Positions 9,054-19,019 are shown, counted from the first letter of the stretch. The stretch: 64,000 bases of DNA from Candidatus Binatia bacterium (GCA_038245295.1 JBBRSP010000030.1:14875-78874); one strand, 5' to 3'. The notes: generated by a model from the sequence alone, not told the origin. Numbers and translations: made by a program.

Positions 9054-9133
9054 CCGCAAGCTGAAGCTTGCGCCTACCGATTCCCTCCTCGAACTCAGTA
9101 CGGCAACTGGTAGGCGCAAGCTTCAGCTTGCGG
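9054..9133. repeat. GTAG-type REP pair, variant (9054-9078 and 9109-9133)
   Basis: GGTAGGCGCAAGCTTCAGCTTGCGG, one copy on each strand. Confidence 0.85.
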
Positions 9134-9448
9134 AGAGAAGGCGATGTTATCAGCTATCCTGAGGGACGCCGGGTGACCCGGCTCGGATCCCCGCCTGGAA
9201 GCATCGTTCCACCGCTACCCATGCCAAGAATCCCCAATAAAATCAGGGGTTGCATGCACCTGCCAACCCCGAAAAGCCAAAAAACGTTGAGTTTGTGTAC
9301 GTAGGTAGAGTCGTCCCGACCCTCCGGAGGCGATCCTTGGGCTTCCTGGTGCGTCTGCGGAGGAGGTCGGGTTTGCGGGATGCCATGTCTTCGCCCGGCT
9401 CCGCTTTGAGGGAGCCCTTTGCCCGACCGGCGGGTGATGCAATTTCAA

Positions 9449-9852
9449 CACGAAGGGCACGACGCCGGCTTCGCCCGCAACCCAACCCACACCCCGCAGA
9501 ACGAATCCAACAGGATGGACAGGATAAACAGGATGGAACAGGGAACGCGCGACGAACGCGCTTCCAACCTGTGGCCCGTTTCATCCTGTTCAATTCGACG
9601 GTGAGCTGTGCTGGGTTCGGTTGCGCGCGAGATCAGCTTCGTATTACTTACGTTCGAATTCGTCGCGGCGCGCGAAGATTGAGCGACCTACACACCACCA
9701 GCCGCTCTTTGCCACGGATGCACACAGATGCAGGCCCGTCGGGCCTGCGATGCTGGCGATGTTTGTTTACAAGCCATCGGTGTTCATCCCATTCATCCGT
9801 GGCAATAGGCCTGCGTTGGGTTGCGGGCAAAGCCCGCCTCGTGCCCTTCGTG
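9449..9852. mobile_element. MITE-like element with 38-bp terminal inverted repeats and nested inverted repeats
   Basis: 9449-9486 matches the reverse complement of 9815-9852 at 35/38; internal AACAGGATG/CATCCTGTT and TTGCCACGGATG/CATCCGTGGCAA pairs. Confidence 0.65.
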
Positions 9853-9970
9853 CTTCTGCGTGGTGAAGCTCAAAGCGGAATTCTTACCGTCGACTCGCCT
9901 GGAGCTACGTCCGCGCACTTTCGATGCCGCGACGAATTGCTATATCGAATCGCCGAAGGAGTGAGATCCC

Positions 9971-12217
9971 ATGCTCGACGCAACCAAGAAGCTGTATGAC
10001 ACGTTTCAGTCCCGCTCGACCCTGATGCGCAAGCGGGTGGGCCGCGATCTCACTCTGGCTGAAAAGATTCTGTTCGCACACATCAACAAGCCCGAGACCG
10101 CCGACATCGAGCGCGGCAAGGGTTGGATCGACCTGTGGCCGGATCGCATCACGATGCAAGATGCGACGGCGCAGATGGCCTTGCTGCAGTTCATGCAAGC
10201 CGGACGCAAGAAGGTTGCCGTGCCGTCTACCGTGCACTGCGATCACTTGATCCAGGCGCGTGTTGGCGCGGTTGCCGACATGAAGAATGCTCTGTCGGTA
10301 AACAACGAAGTCTATGAGTTCCTCAAGTCGGTGTGTGCCAAGTACGGCATCGGCTTTTGGAACCCCGGCTCGGGAATCATCCACCAGGTGGTCCTCGAGA
10401 ATTACGCCTTCCCCGGCGCCTTGATCCTCGGTACCGACTCACACACGCCGAACGGCGGCGGGCTCGGCATGCTGGCGATTGGCGTCGGCGGCGCTGATGC
10501 GGCGGATGTCATGGCCGGCCTTTCCTGGAACGTGCGTATGCCGAAGCTCATTGGTGTGCATCTCAAGGGTGAGCTGTCCGGTTGGACCTCGGCCAAGGAC
10601 GTCATCCTCAAGCTCGCCGGTATCCTCACCGTCAAAGGTGGCACCGGCAAGATCGTCGAGTATTTCGGCGACGGCACCAAATCGATCAGCTGCACCGGCA
10701 AAGCAACCATCACCAACATGGGCGCCGAGCTCGGCGCGACGACTTCGGTGTTTCCGTTTGATGACCGCATGGCCACCTACCTGCGTGCCACGGAGCGCGC
10801 CGATCTGGCGGCCTTGGCGGAGCAGTACAAAGAACATCTGACGGCCGATCCGGCTGTCGCCAAGGATCCGTCGAAGTACTACGACGAGATCGTCGAGATC
10901 GACCTGTCGACGTTGGAACCACACGTCGTCGGGCCGCATACGCCCGACCTGGCGCGGCCCATCTCGCAGTTGAAGAGCGACGCGCAGAAGAACGGCTATC
11001 CGGTGCAACTCACGTCGGCACTGATCGGCAGCTGCACCAACTCGTCGTACGAAGACATCGGCCGCTCGGCCAATATCGCCAAGCAGGCGATCGCCGGCGG
11101 GCTCAAGGCGCAGACCAAGTTCCTCATCAGCCCCGGGTCGGATCAGATCTTCAATACCGTCAAACGCGACGGCCAGCTCGCGACGTTGGAGAGCATCGGC
11201 GGCACCGTGCTGGCGAATGCCTGCGGCCCTTGTATCGGCCAGTGGCAACGCGACGACATCAAGAAGGGGGACAAGAACAGCATCTTGACCTCGTTCAATC
11301 GCAACTTTCCGGCGCGCAACGACTCGAATCCGGAGACGCTGGCGTTCATCGCCAGCCCCGAGATCGTCACGGCCCTGGCCCTGGCTGGACGTCTCGACTT
11401 CAACCCTCTCACAGATTCGCTGCCGGGCGCCGACGGTAAGCCGGTCAAGTTGCAAGCGCCGCGAGCCAATGAGTTGCCGACCGCCGGCTTCGCCGCCGGC
11501 CTTGCCGGATTCATCGAGCCGCCAGCCGACGGCAGCGCCATCCAGATCGCCGTGAAGCCCGACAGCGATCGTTTGCAGCTTCTGCAGCCCTTCGCGCCGT
11601 GGGACGGCAAGGACATCGACAAGGTTCCGGTTCTTCTGAAGGCAAAGGGTAAGTGTACCACGGATCACATTTCGCCGGCCGGACCGTGGCTCAAGTTCCG
11701 CGGCCATCTCGATCGTATCTCCGACAACATGTTTACCGGTGCCATCAACGCCTTCACCGGCGAGGCCGGCAAGGGACGCAACGTGTTGACCGGCGAGACC
11801 GGGATCCCGTTCCCGCAGATTGCTCGTCACTATAAGGCTCAGGGTGTCGGTTGGGTCGCGATTGGCGACGAGAATTACGGCGAAGGCTCGAGTCGCGAGC
11901 ACGCCGCCATGGAGCCACGCTTCCTCGGCGCCCGCGCCGTGTTGGCGCGCAGCTTCGCGCGTATTCACGAGACCAACTTGAAGAAGCAGGGCATGCTGCC
12001 GCTGACCTTCGACAACCCGGCTGACTACGACAAGATCCGCGAAGAGGATCGCGTCACGATCAGCGGCCTCGCGAAGCTGACACCTGGGCAAGCGCTAACG
12101 GTCACGCTGAACCATGCCGACGGCACAAGCGAAACGATTCAGTGCCGTCACAGCTTCAGCGACGAGCAGATCGCCTGGTTCAAGGCGGGGGCGGCCCTGA
12201 ATCTCATGCGATCGTAA
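9971..12217 (+). CDS. Aconitate hydratase, mitochondrial type
   Basis: [61 protein letters not shown]. Confidence 0.95.
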   Translation: MLDATKKLYDTFQSRSTLMRKRVGRDLTLAEKILFAHINKPETADIERGKGWIDLWPDRITMQDATAQMALLQFMQAGRKKVAVPSTVHCDHLIQARVGAVADMKNALSVNNEVYEFLKSVCAKYGIGFWNPGSGIIHQVVLENYAFPGALILGTDSHTPNGGGLGMLAIGVGGADAADVMAGLSWNVRMPKLIGVHLKGELSGWTSAKDVILKLAGILTVKGGTGKIVEYFGDGTKSISCTGKATITNMGAELGATTSVFPFDDRMATYLRATERADLAALAEQYKEHLTADPAVAKDPSKYYDEIVEIDLSTLEPHVVGPHTPDLARPISQLKSDAQKNGYPVQLTSALIGSCTNSSYEDIGRSANIAKQAIAGGLKAQTKFLISPGSDQIFNTVKRDGQLATLESIGGTVLANACGPCIGQWQRDDIKKGDKNSILTSFNRNFPARNDSNPETLAFIASPEIVTALALAGRLDFNPLTDSLPGADGKPVKLQAPRANELPTAGFAAGLAGFIEPPADGSAIQIAVKPDSDRLQLLQPFAPWDGKDIDKVPVLLKAKGKCTTDHISPAGPWLKFRGHLDRISDNMFTGAINAFTGEAGKGRNVLTGETGIPFPQIARHYKAQGVGWVAIGDENYGEGSSREHAAMEPRFLGARAVLARSFARIHETNLKKQGMLPLTFDNPADYDKIREEDRVTISGLAKLTPGQALTVTLNHADGTSETIQCRHSFSDEQIAWFKAGAALNLMRS

Positions 12218-12244
12218 ACGTTCGTGTTTCCACAGATGCCGGGC

Positions 12245-12298
12245 AAGGGCACGGGCAAGAGAGACGGCTCAGTTCATGCAAGCCTTGCCCGTGCCCTT
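12245..12298. terminator. 15-bp perfect inverted repeat between convergent genes (bidirectional terminator or repeat)
   Basis: AAGGGCACGGGCAAG ... CTTGCCCGTGCCCTT. Confidence 0.6.
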
Positions 12299-12304
12299 CT
12301 CCAG

Positions 12305-12955
12305 CTACATCTTCCCCTTCTGAATCAGAATCCGCCGGGCCGAGCTGACGATCGTGGCAGAGACGTTGCGACTCTTCGAGATATGCACCAGCTCGCGGTC
12401 GGAGAGACTGGTGATGAAGCGCAGCGCGATGGCAATCGGCGACTTCGGGTTGGTGACCAACGCCTGGCGAACCAAGAGATGGCGCGAGTGATACTTATGC
12501 TCGGCAAGCTCGCGTAGGAGATCCGCATCGGATTGGCGATTGCGCGCGATCTGGATCACCTCTTCGTCGGTGATACGCGGATTCTTCAAGACGAAGCGCT
12601 GGATCAGCTTGTTGCCGTCGCGCAGGAGAATCAGCCGCGCTTCCTTGTTACCGCGCAGTGCCAGTTTGAGGCGCTCGCCACTCTTCATGCGCATGATCAG
12701 GTTCCACATGCTCTGATTTACCTGGGGTGGTGCGGGAGCGAGGGGGCCGAGGTCTTCCGCTGTGGCGGCGACGGGGCGTTCTTGCTCTTCGGCTGGCGGA
12801 GGTTCGGGGGCCGCGGCACCGGTCTGCGGTTCCGTCGGCTCGACGATCATCTCTTCGGGGACGACGAACTTGTCCTCGCCACGCTCGATGACCTCGGCGA
12901 GCGCGGTAAACTCGGGTAAGGTTTTTGGTTCGACTTCCTCGATCGCACTACTCAT
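12305..12955 (-). CDS. Conserved hypothetical protein (helical-repeat C-terminal domain)
   Basis: 216-aa ORF overlapping the EF-G2 stop; LKLALRGNKEARLILLRD...NPRIT...ALVTNPKSP. Confidence 0.8.
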   Translation of the reverse strand: MSSAIEEVEPKTLPEFTALAEVIERGEDKFVVPEEMIVEPTEPQTGAAAPEPPPAEEQERPVAATAEDLGPLAPAPPQVNQSMWNLIMRMKSGERLKLALRGNKEARLILLRDGNKLIQRFVLKNPRITDEEVIQIARNRQSDADLLRELAEHKYHSRHLLVRQALVTNPKSPIAIALRFITSLSDRELVHISKSRNVSATIVSSARRILIQKGKM

Positions 12956-15035
12956 GCTTCGCGGCGCGTGCCGCCTCCGATTCCTTGATCACCTTGTCGG
13001 CCAGATGCGCCGGCAGTTCTTCGTAATGCGAGAAGCCGACGACGAAGGAGCCGCGGCCACTGGTCATCGAGCGCAGGTCGGGAGAGTACTTGAGAACCTC
13101 GGCCATCGGAATGTGCGCCTTGATGACCTGGCCGCTTGGCTTGGAGTCGACGCCGAGGACCTTACCGCGCCGACTATTGAGATCGCCGATGATGTCGCCC
13201 ATGCAGTCGTCCGGGCAACTCACTTCCATGTTCATGATCGGCTCCAGGATGATGGGCTTCGCTTGCGAGACGGCCGTCTTGAACCCCATCGATGCGGCGA
13301 TTTTGAAGGCCATCTCCGACGAGTCGACGTCGTGGTACGAACCATCGTACAGCGTAACCCGGATATCGACCACCGGATAACCTGCTAGATAACCTTCTAG
13401 GAGTGCTTCACGCACACCCTTTTCGACGGCCGGAATGTACTGGCGCGGCACCACACCCCCGACAATCTCATCCACGAACTCGAACCCGGTACCGCGCGGC
13501 AGCGGCTCGACCGCGAGCCAGGCGTCGCCGTACTGTCCGCGACCACCGGTCTGTTTCTTGAGCTTACCTTGCGCCTTCGATTTCCCCTTGATCGTTTCCT
13601 TATACGGAACCTTCGGCGCCTTGAGCTCGACCTCGACGCCGTATTTGCGTTTCAGACGCTCGATCACGACCTCGATGTGCAACTGGTCGAAGCCGGAGAG
13701 GATCAGCTGGTGGGTCTGCGGATCGCGGTGCATCTCGAGAGAAGGATCTTCTTCCATCGTGCGCGCCAGGGCGCCGGCCGCTTTGTCCTCGTCGCCCTTG
13801 CTCTTGGGTTCGATGGCGAACGAGATCGCCGGCTGGGGACACGTGAATCCCGGGTAGACGATAGGCGCCTTTTCGTCGGTGAGTGTGTCGCCGGTGTGTG
13901 TGTCTTTGAGTTTGGCGACGGCGACGATCTCGCCGACGATTGCCTGCACCACATGCGACTGCTTCTTGCCGGTAGGCTGCAGCAGATGCCCGAGTCGCTC
14001 CTTGACGTCTTTGGTCGAGTTGAGCACGCCGCTGTCGGCGTGGACCTTGCCGGAGAGGACGCGGAAGAACGACAGCTTGCCGGCGAAGGGATCGACGATG
14101 GTCTTGAAAACGATAGCCGAGAACGGCTCGTCGATTTCCGGCCGACGCTCTATCGGCTCCTTGACCTTCGGATCTTTGCCCTGCTGCGGTGCCGAATCGG
14201 CGGCCGAGCCGAGGTAGTTGACGGCGGCATCGAGAACCAGTGTGGCGCCCCATCCCTTGGTGGCGGCTCCATACAGCACCGGGACAAACTGGCACTGTAA
14301 CGTACCGGAGCGTAGCGCGCCGGCCAGCTCCTCATCGGTCAGTGTGCCGTTCTCGAGATACTTCTCGGTCAGGTCGTCGCTCGCTTCGGCGGCGAGCTCG
14401 ATCATCTGTTCGCGGGCTTTGCGGACCTCATCCTCGATGGCACCGGGGACGCTTTGCTCCTTGATGCTGCCGTCGTCTTGAAACATATGGGCCCGCATCG
14501 TCACCAGGTCGACGACGCCGCGGAACGCGTCGGCCGTCCCGATGGGATACTGAATCGGCACCAGCTTGGCGCCGAGCAGCCTCTTCATCTCCTCGAGGGC
14601 GATGGTGTGATCGGCGCGTTCGCGATCCATCCGTGTGATGAAAGCGAGCAGTGGCAACTTGAGCTCGGCGGCGCGAGCCCAAACCTTTTCGGCTTCGACG
14701 CGAATCTCGTGTGTGGCCGGCGCCGCGGTGAAGATTGCGCCGGTGCAGGCGCGCATGCAGTTGAGTGTGTCGGCCAGGAAGTTCGAGTAGCCCGGCATGT
14801 CGAGCAGAGTGAAGTCGTGTTTCTTCCAAGAGCAATGGAATAGCGAGGTGGTGAGGGTCGTCTTGTGGCGGATCTCTTCCGGTTCAAAGTTGAAGTTGGA
14901 AGTGTCGTCATCGACACGACCCAGGCGAGTGACGGCGCCCGAGGCGAAGACCATGGCATCCGCCAACGATGTCTTACCCACGCCACCTTGGCCAATGATT
15001 CCAATGCTGCGTACCAATTTGACATCGTCCGCCAT
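12948..15035 (-). CDS. fusA2: Elongation factor G-like protein (EF-G2)
   Basis: GQGGVGKT, DMPG, KKQTGGRGQYG, DGSYHDVDSSEMAF, LRSMTSGRG; 695 aa; outside the str operon. Confidence 0.93.
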   Translation of the reverse strand: MADDVKLVRSIGIIGQGGVGKTSLADAMVFASGAVTRLGRVDDDTSNFNFEPEEIRHKTTLTTSLFHCSWKKHDFTLLDMPGYSNFLADTLNCMRACTGAIFTAAPATHEIRVEAEKVWARAAELKLPLLAFITRMDRERADHTIALEEMKRLLGAKLVPIQYPIGTADAFRGVVDLVTMRAHMFQDDGSIKEQSVPGAIEDEVRKAREQMIELAAEASDDLTEKYLENGTLTDEELAGALRSGTLQCQFVPVLYGAATKGWGATLVLDAAVNYLGSAADSAPQQGKDPKVKEPIERRPEIDEPFSAIVFKTIVDPFAGKLSFFRVLSGKVHADSGVLNSTKDVKERLGHLLQPTGKKQSHVVQAIVGEIVAVAKLKDTHTGDTLTDEKAPIVYPGFTCPQPAISFAIEPKSKGDEDKAAGALARTMEEDPSLEMHRDPQTHQLILSGFDQLHIEVVIERLKRKYGVEVELKAPKVPYKETIKGKSKAQGKLKKQTGGRGQYGDAWLAVEPLPRGTGFEFVDEIVGGVVPRQYIPAVEKGVREALLEGYLAGYPVVDIRVTLYDGSYHDVDSSEMAFKIAASMGFKTAVSQAKPIILEPIMNMEVSCPDDCMGDIIGDLNSRRGKVLGVDSKPSGQVIKAHIPMAEVLKYSPDLRSMTSGRGSFVVGFSHYEELPAHLADKVIKESEAARAAKHE

Positions 15036-15050
15036 GAGGTCCTCCGTCTG

Positions 15051-15827
15051 TCAGTCGTCGGCATTCCGTTCGTGGATGAGTCGCAAGCCGTCGAGAGTCA
15101 GAAACTCGTCGACATCGTCGATCGTCTCCGACTCCGGCGCCAATAGCGTGGCGTAACTTCCTGTGGCGATGACACGCGCTTTCACACGATTCTCCTTTTG
15201 AATGCGCGTGACGAGGCCGTCAACCAGAGAAACATATCCGTAGATCAATCCCGACTGGATCGCGTGTGCCGTGTTGCGGCCGATCACTGTCTTCGGCTTG
15301 GTGAGCTCGACGCGATACAGCTTGGCGGCGCGGTCGAATAAGGCGTCGCTGGCAATCCCGAGGCCCGGGGCGATGACGCCACCGACGTATTCGCCCTTCT
15401 CGGAGATGTAATCGAAGATCGTTGCCGTGCTGAAGTCGACGACGATGGTCGTATCGCGGGTTCGCTCATAGGCGGCAATGGCGTTGACGATGCGGTCGGC
15501 ACCGACTTCCTGCGGCTTGTCGTAGAGAATCGGCATGCCGGTTCGAACGCCAGGTCCGACGACGAGAGGTGTGACGCCGATATAGGTCTGGCAGAGGCTT
15601 TCGATGATCTGCGTCATCGGCGGCACCGACGACGAGACGGCGATCGACTGGATCGCCGGGTTGCCGACCCCGCCGAGGAGACTTTGGACGATGACGCCAT
15701 ACTCGTCGGCGGTGCGGCCACTGTCGGTTTGCAAACGCCAGTGATGCCGCAGCGTCTTGCCGTCGTAGATGCCGAGCACCGTGTGGGTGTTGCTGACGTC
15801 GATCGCGAGGAATAGGCCGCTACTCAT
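15051..15827 (-). CDS. coaX: Type III pantothenate kinase paralog with altered Gly loops
   Basis: AIDVSNT, SSSVP, GADR, VDFSTAT, GGVIAPG, ATGS, LTLDGL. Confidence 0.9.
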   Translation of the reverse strand: MSSGLFLAIDVSNTHTVLGIYDGKTLRHHWRLQTDSGRTADEYGVIVQSLLGGVGNPAIQSIAVSSSVPPMTQIIESLCQTYIGVTPLVVGPGVRTGMPILYDKPQEVGADRIVNAIAAYERTRDTTIVVDFSTATIFDYISEKGEYVGGVIAPGLGIASDALFDRAAKLYRVELTKPKTVIGRNTAHAIQSGLIYGYVSLVDGLVTRIQKENRVKARVIATGSYATLLAPESETIDDVDEFLTLDGLRLIHERNADD

Positions 15828-15838
15828 TTGTACTTCCT

Positions 15839-16603
15839 TCACTGCCCGATGTTGCGTTCGTAGATCAAGCGCAGACCGTCGAGCGTAAGGAATTCGTCGA
15901 CGATCTCGATCGATTCCGTGGCTGGAACGAGCAACGTGCTGAAACCGCCGGTGGCGACGACGCGCGCTTTGGCGTCGTGCTCGCGACGGATGCGCGCCAC
16001 CATGCCGTCGAGCATCGAGGCGTAGCCATAGATCAGGCCCGACTGGATCGAATGAATCGTGTTGCGGCCAAGCACCTTCGGCGGGCGCACCAACTCGACG
16101 CGATGCAGTCGCGCGGCGCGTTCCGACAGGGCGTCACTGGCAATGCCGAGGCCCGGGGCGATGGCGCCGCCGAGATACTCGCCGGCGCCGTTTACATACT
16201 CGAACTTGGTTGCCGTGCCGCAATCGACGACGATGGTTGGCCCTTTCGTGCGTTCGTAGGCGGCGATGGCGTTAACGAGACGATCGGTGCCGAGTTGTCG
16301 CGGGTCATCATAGAGGATCGGCATGCCGGTGGTGACGCCGGGGCCGACGACGAGCGCCGCTTGCTTCAGATACTGCTGGCTCATTTCGACGAGCACCTGG
16401 GTCAGCGGTGGGACGACGGAGGAGATGGCGACTCCCGATATGGATGGATTACCGATGCCGCGCAGCAAGCGGCCGAGGAAGACACCGACTTCGTCGGCGG
16501 TGGTGGCGCGATTCGACCGCAAGCGCCAATGGTGGCGCAGGTGTTTGCCCTGGTAGAGGCCGAACACGATGTGTGTGTTGCCGACGTCAATCGCGAGGAG
16601 CAT
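15839..16603 (-). CDS. coaX: Type III pantothenate kinase
   Basis: MLLAIDVGNT, SSVVP, GTDR, VDCGTAT, GGAIAPG, ATGG, LTLDGL. Confidence 0.95.
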   Translation of the reverse strand: MLLAIDVGNTHIVFGLYQGKHLRHHWRLRSNRATTADEVGVFLGRLLRGIGNPSISGVAISSVVPPLTQVLVEMSQQYLKQAALVVGPGVTTGMPILYDDPRQLGTDRLVNAIAAYERTKGPTIVVDCGTATKFEYVNGAGEYLGGAIAPGLGIASDALSERAARLHRVELVRPPKVLGRNTIHSIQSGLIYGYASMLDGMVARIRREHDAKARVVATGGFSTLLVPATESIEIVDEFLTLDGLRLIYERNIGQ

Positions 16604-17405
16604 ACCCGTCCACCACCGTCACATCTCCAACCTCGATGCGCGCGGTCGAACCATCGGCCCGGCGCACCAGCAGGGCACCCCCTTCATCGAGCCCAAGGAC
16701 CTGACCACGAATGCGTTCACCACCATCATCGATCTCGACCGTACGTCCAATCCAATCGGCAAGCGACTCCCACTCCGCACGCAAGGCGACGAAGCCGCCA
16801 TCGCGATATTTAATCCACACATTCGAAAGCTCGATGAGCAGGCGCTGCGTGAAGGCGGTGCGATCAATCCATGCGCCGGTGGCGGCCGCGAGACTCGTTG
16901 CCTTGGCGTGAAGCTCGGTAGGGAACTCGTCGATGTTCATGTTCAGGTTGACACCAATCCCGGCGATGACTGCCAGGATGCCGGTGTCCAGGCGCGCGAC
17001 TTCGGTGAGGACGCCGCTGACCTTGCGGTTGCCGATCAGGACGTCGTTGGGCCACTTCAGTTTTGCATCGGCGGCCCAGGCGCGGATGGCGCGTCCGACG
17101 GCGACACCCAGGACGAGGGCGAACTCGGGAGTTGCGGCGGCCGGCGAACGGATGATGACCGATAGATAGAGATTGCGTCGGGCAGGCGAGCTCCACGTGC
17201 GACCCAGGCGGCCGCGTCCTTTACTCTGTGCTTCGGCGATGACGATGGTCCCTTCGGCGGCACCCTGGCGTGCCAATTCCGTGGCGCGGGTATTGGTCGA
17301 GTCGGTATCTTCGAAGTAGTGCAGCGTGTGGCCGAGGGGCAGGGCGGCGCCGTCGCGGCGCAGGCGCTGTGTGTCGAGTGGATCTTCGGGTGGCGTTGCG
17401 GTCAT
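16587..17405 (-). CDS. birA: Biotin--acetyl-CoA-carboxylase ligase (no HTH domain)
   Basis: DSTN, QSKGRGRLGRTW, KWPND, KVSGVL, GIGVN; ATG overlaps the nadC stop. Confidence 0.93.
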   Translation of the reverse strand: MTATPPEDPLDTQRLRRDGAALPLGHTLHYFEDTDSTNTRATELARQGAAEGTIVIAEAQSKGRGRLGRTWSSPARRNLYLSVIIRSPAAATPEFALVLGVAVGRAIRAWAADAKLKWPNDVLIGNRKVSGVLTEVARLDTGILAVIAGIGVNLNMNIDEFPTELHAKATSLAAATGAWIDRTAFTQRLLIELSNVWIKYRDGGFVALRAEWESLADWIGRTVEIDDGGERIRGQVLGLDEGGALLVRRADGSTARIEVGDVTVVDGYAPRD

Positions 17406-18247
17406 GTGAGCGACAACAGCATGTGCAGGTCGACGGCAGGCGCCGAGTGGGTCAGGGCGCCGACGGAAATGAGATCGACGCCGCTGGCGGCGATGGCGGC
17501 GATGGTGTCGAGTGAAACGCCACCGGACGCCTCGGTGATGGCGCGGCCGGCGATCAGCGTCACGGCTTCGCGCAGATGAGCCGGGCTCATGTTGTCGAGT
17601 AAGATCGCGTCGGCATGGCCGGCGACAGCCAGCCATACTTCGTCCATGGTCCGGCACTCGATTTCGCACCGCAGGCCGTGCGGAGCCCGTGCGCGTGCGG
17701 CGGCCAAGGCAGGGCCGATGCCGCCGGCGGCGGTGATGTGGTTGTTCTTGATGAGGATGCCGTCGGACAACCCGAAGCGATGATTGGCACCGCCACCGAC
17801 ACGCACGGCATACTTCTGCAGGATGCGCAGGCCGGGGACAGTCTTGCGCGTATCGACGATGCGCGCCTTGTTCCCCTTGGCCGCGGCCACGAACTTGGCC
17901 GTCAGGGTGGCGACACCGGAGAGCTGCTGCAGCAGGTTGAGGATGACGCGCTCGACCGAGAGAAGCGTCGAGGCGCTGCCCTCCAGCTCGGCAAGCACCT
18001 CACCCTTGGCGACCGTGGCACCGTCAGTGATCTTGGCGTCGATCGCCACACCACCTCCGGCAGCTTGGCAGACCTTGGCGATCAGCGGCATGCCGGCGAT
18101 GACGGCAGCTTGTTTGGCGCGAATGTGAGCCCGCGCGTGACGATCGCTCGCCATGGTGGCGCGGGTCGTGACGTCACCGGAGCCGAGGTCTTCGGCCAGG
18201 GCGGTACGAATCAGATCATCAACTGCGGGGACATCGAGTTCGTTCAC
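17402..18247 (-). CDS. nadC: Nicotinate-nucleotide diphosphorylase (carboxylating)
   Basis: ALAEDLGSGDVTT, DTRKT, NHRFGLSDGILIKNNH, LLDNM, EASGG; GTG start after an AAGGA RBS. Confidence 0.95.
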   Translation of the reverse strand: MNELDVPAVDDLIRTALAEDLGSGDVTTRATMASDRHARAHIRAKQAAVIAGMPLIAKVCQAAGGGVAIDAKITDGATVAKGEVLAELEGSASTLLSVERVILNLLQQLSGVATLTAKFVAAAKGNKARIVDTRKTVPGLRILQKYAVRVGGGANHRFGLSDGILIKNNHITAAGGIGPALAAARARAPHGLRCEIECRTMDEVWLAVAGHADAILLDNMSPAHLREAVTLIAGRAITEASGGVSLDTIAAIAASGVDLISVGALTHSAPAVDLHMLLSLT

Positions 18248-18576
18248 TGTTTTGTTCCTTAGCAGCGCCGTTGCAGCCGCCGCAAACGGGGCGCATATCG
18301 TCGCTACCGGGGATGGATGCCAGTCAGCGCAATGGTATCGCCAAGCCGACCAAATGCACCGATGCGCTGGTGGCAAACCTCGCCTCCCCCTGTGCCACAA
18401 TCGATGGATTGGTTGACGCAACGGGCACTGGGGCTGCCTGCTGACGAATGGCATCGCCGCAACCGACGACTCAGCCTATTCCGCTGGCCACGACCACCCG
18501 CACGGAATCAGCAGCGAGGCTCCTTGCGAGAAAAACGCCTCAGGTGGCATAGGGCAAAGACCGAATTCAGCGGGGT

Positions 18577-19019
18577 TCACTCGAGGCAGAGCGTTGCCTC
18601 CAGGGCGCTCGCTTCGACGCGTCGCAGATGATCTTGACGCCAGGCGAGGAACAACGTGCTCGGATCGTCGAGCCGACGGTCGAAGTGGAAGGAGACTCGC
18701 GTCGGGCCATCGCGGTTGGCCTCGATCACCGAGGCGCGCATGCCGGCCACGTCGATGACCTGCCCCTGGCGCAGGTGCGGCGCATGCAACTCACCACCAA
18801 CGAGCTGTAACTCGAGGGTATCATTGGCGCTGCGATAAAAACGGTGCACCGCGGGGCCCCACGATAATACACGCCATTCCCGTGAGCGAGCACGTGGTGC
18901 CCGGGGGCGATCTCGGCTTGCGTGACCAGATCGCGCTTGAACCGATGCTCGCCGGCAAGTCGGGCGACGACGTCGTAGAGCACGGTTCCTCGTTGCACGC
19001 CCGTGATCGTGGTTTACAT
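18577..19019 (-). pseudogene. Composite gene remnants: methyltransferase N-terminus joined to the C-terminus of a membrane protein
   Basis: AGGAG-ATG(19019)-TAA in frame with LYDVVARLAGEHRFKRDLVTQAEIAPGHHVL; a different frame gives ...GPTRVSFHFDRRLDDPSTLFLAW... ending at 18577. Confidence 0.5.

Noticed and set aside
9215..9999. ORFs 9250-9999, 9243-9593 and others in the repeat-rich gap
   Set aside because: Arg/Pro-rich translations of palindromic DNA with no RBS or domain; no transposase motif.
2679..12091. Long antisense ORFs (2679-3830, 5289-6032, 6928-8163, 10439-12091)
   Set aside because: Shadow frames of GC-rich genes with clear homology on the opposite strand; no recognisable motifs.
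18248..18576. NAD-related riboswitch upstream of nadC
   Set aside because: No recognisable conserved motif or convincing stem architecture by eye; an Rfam search would be needed.
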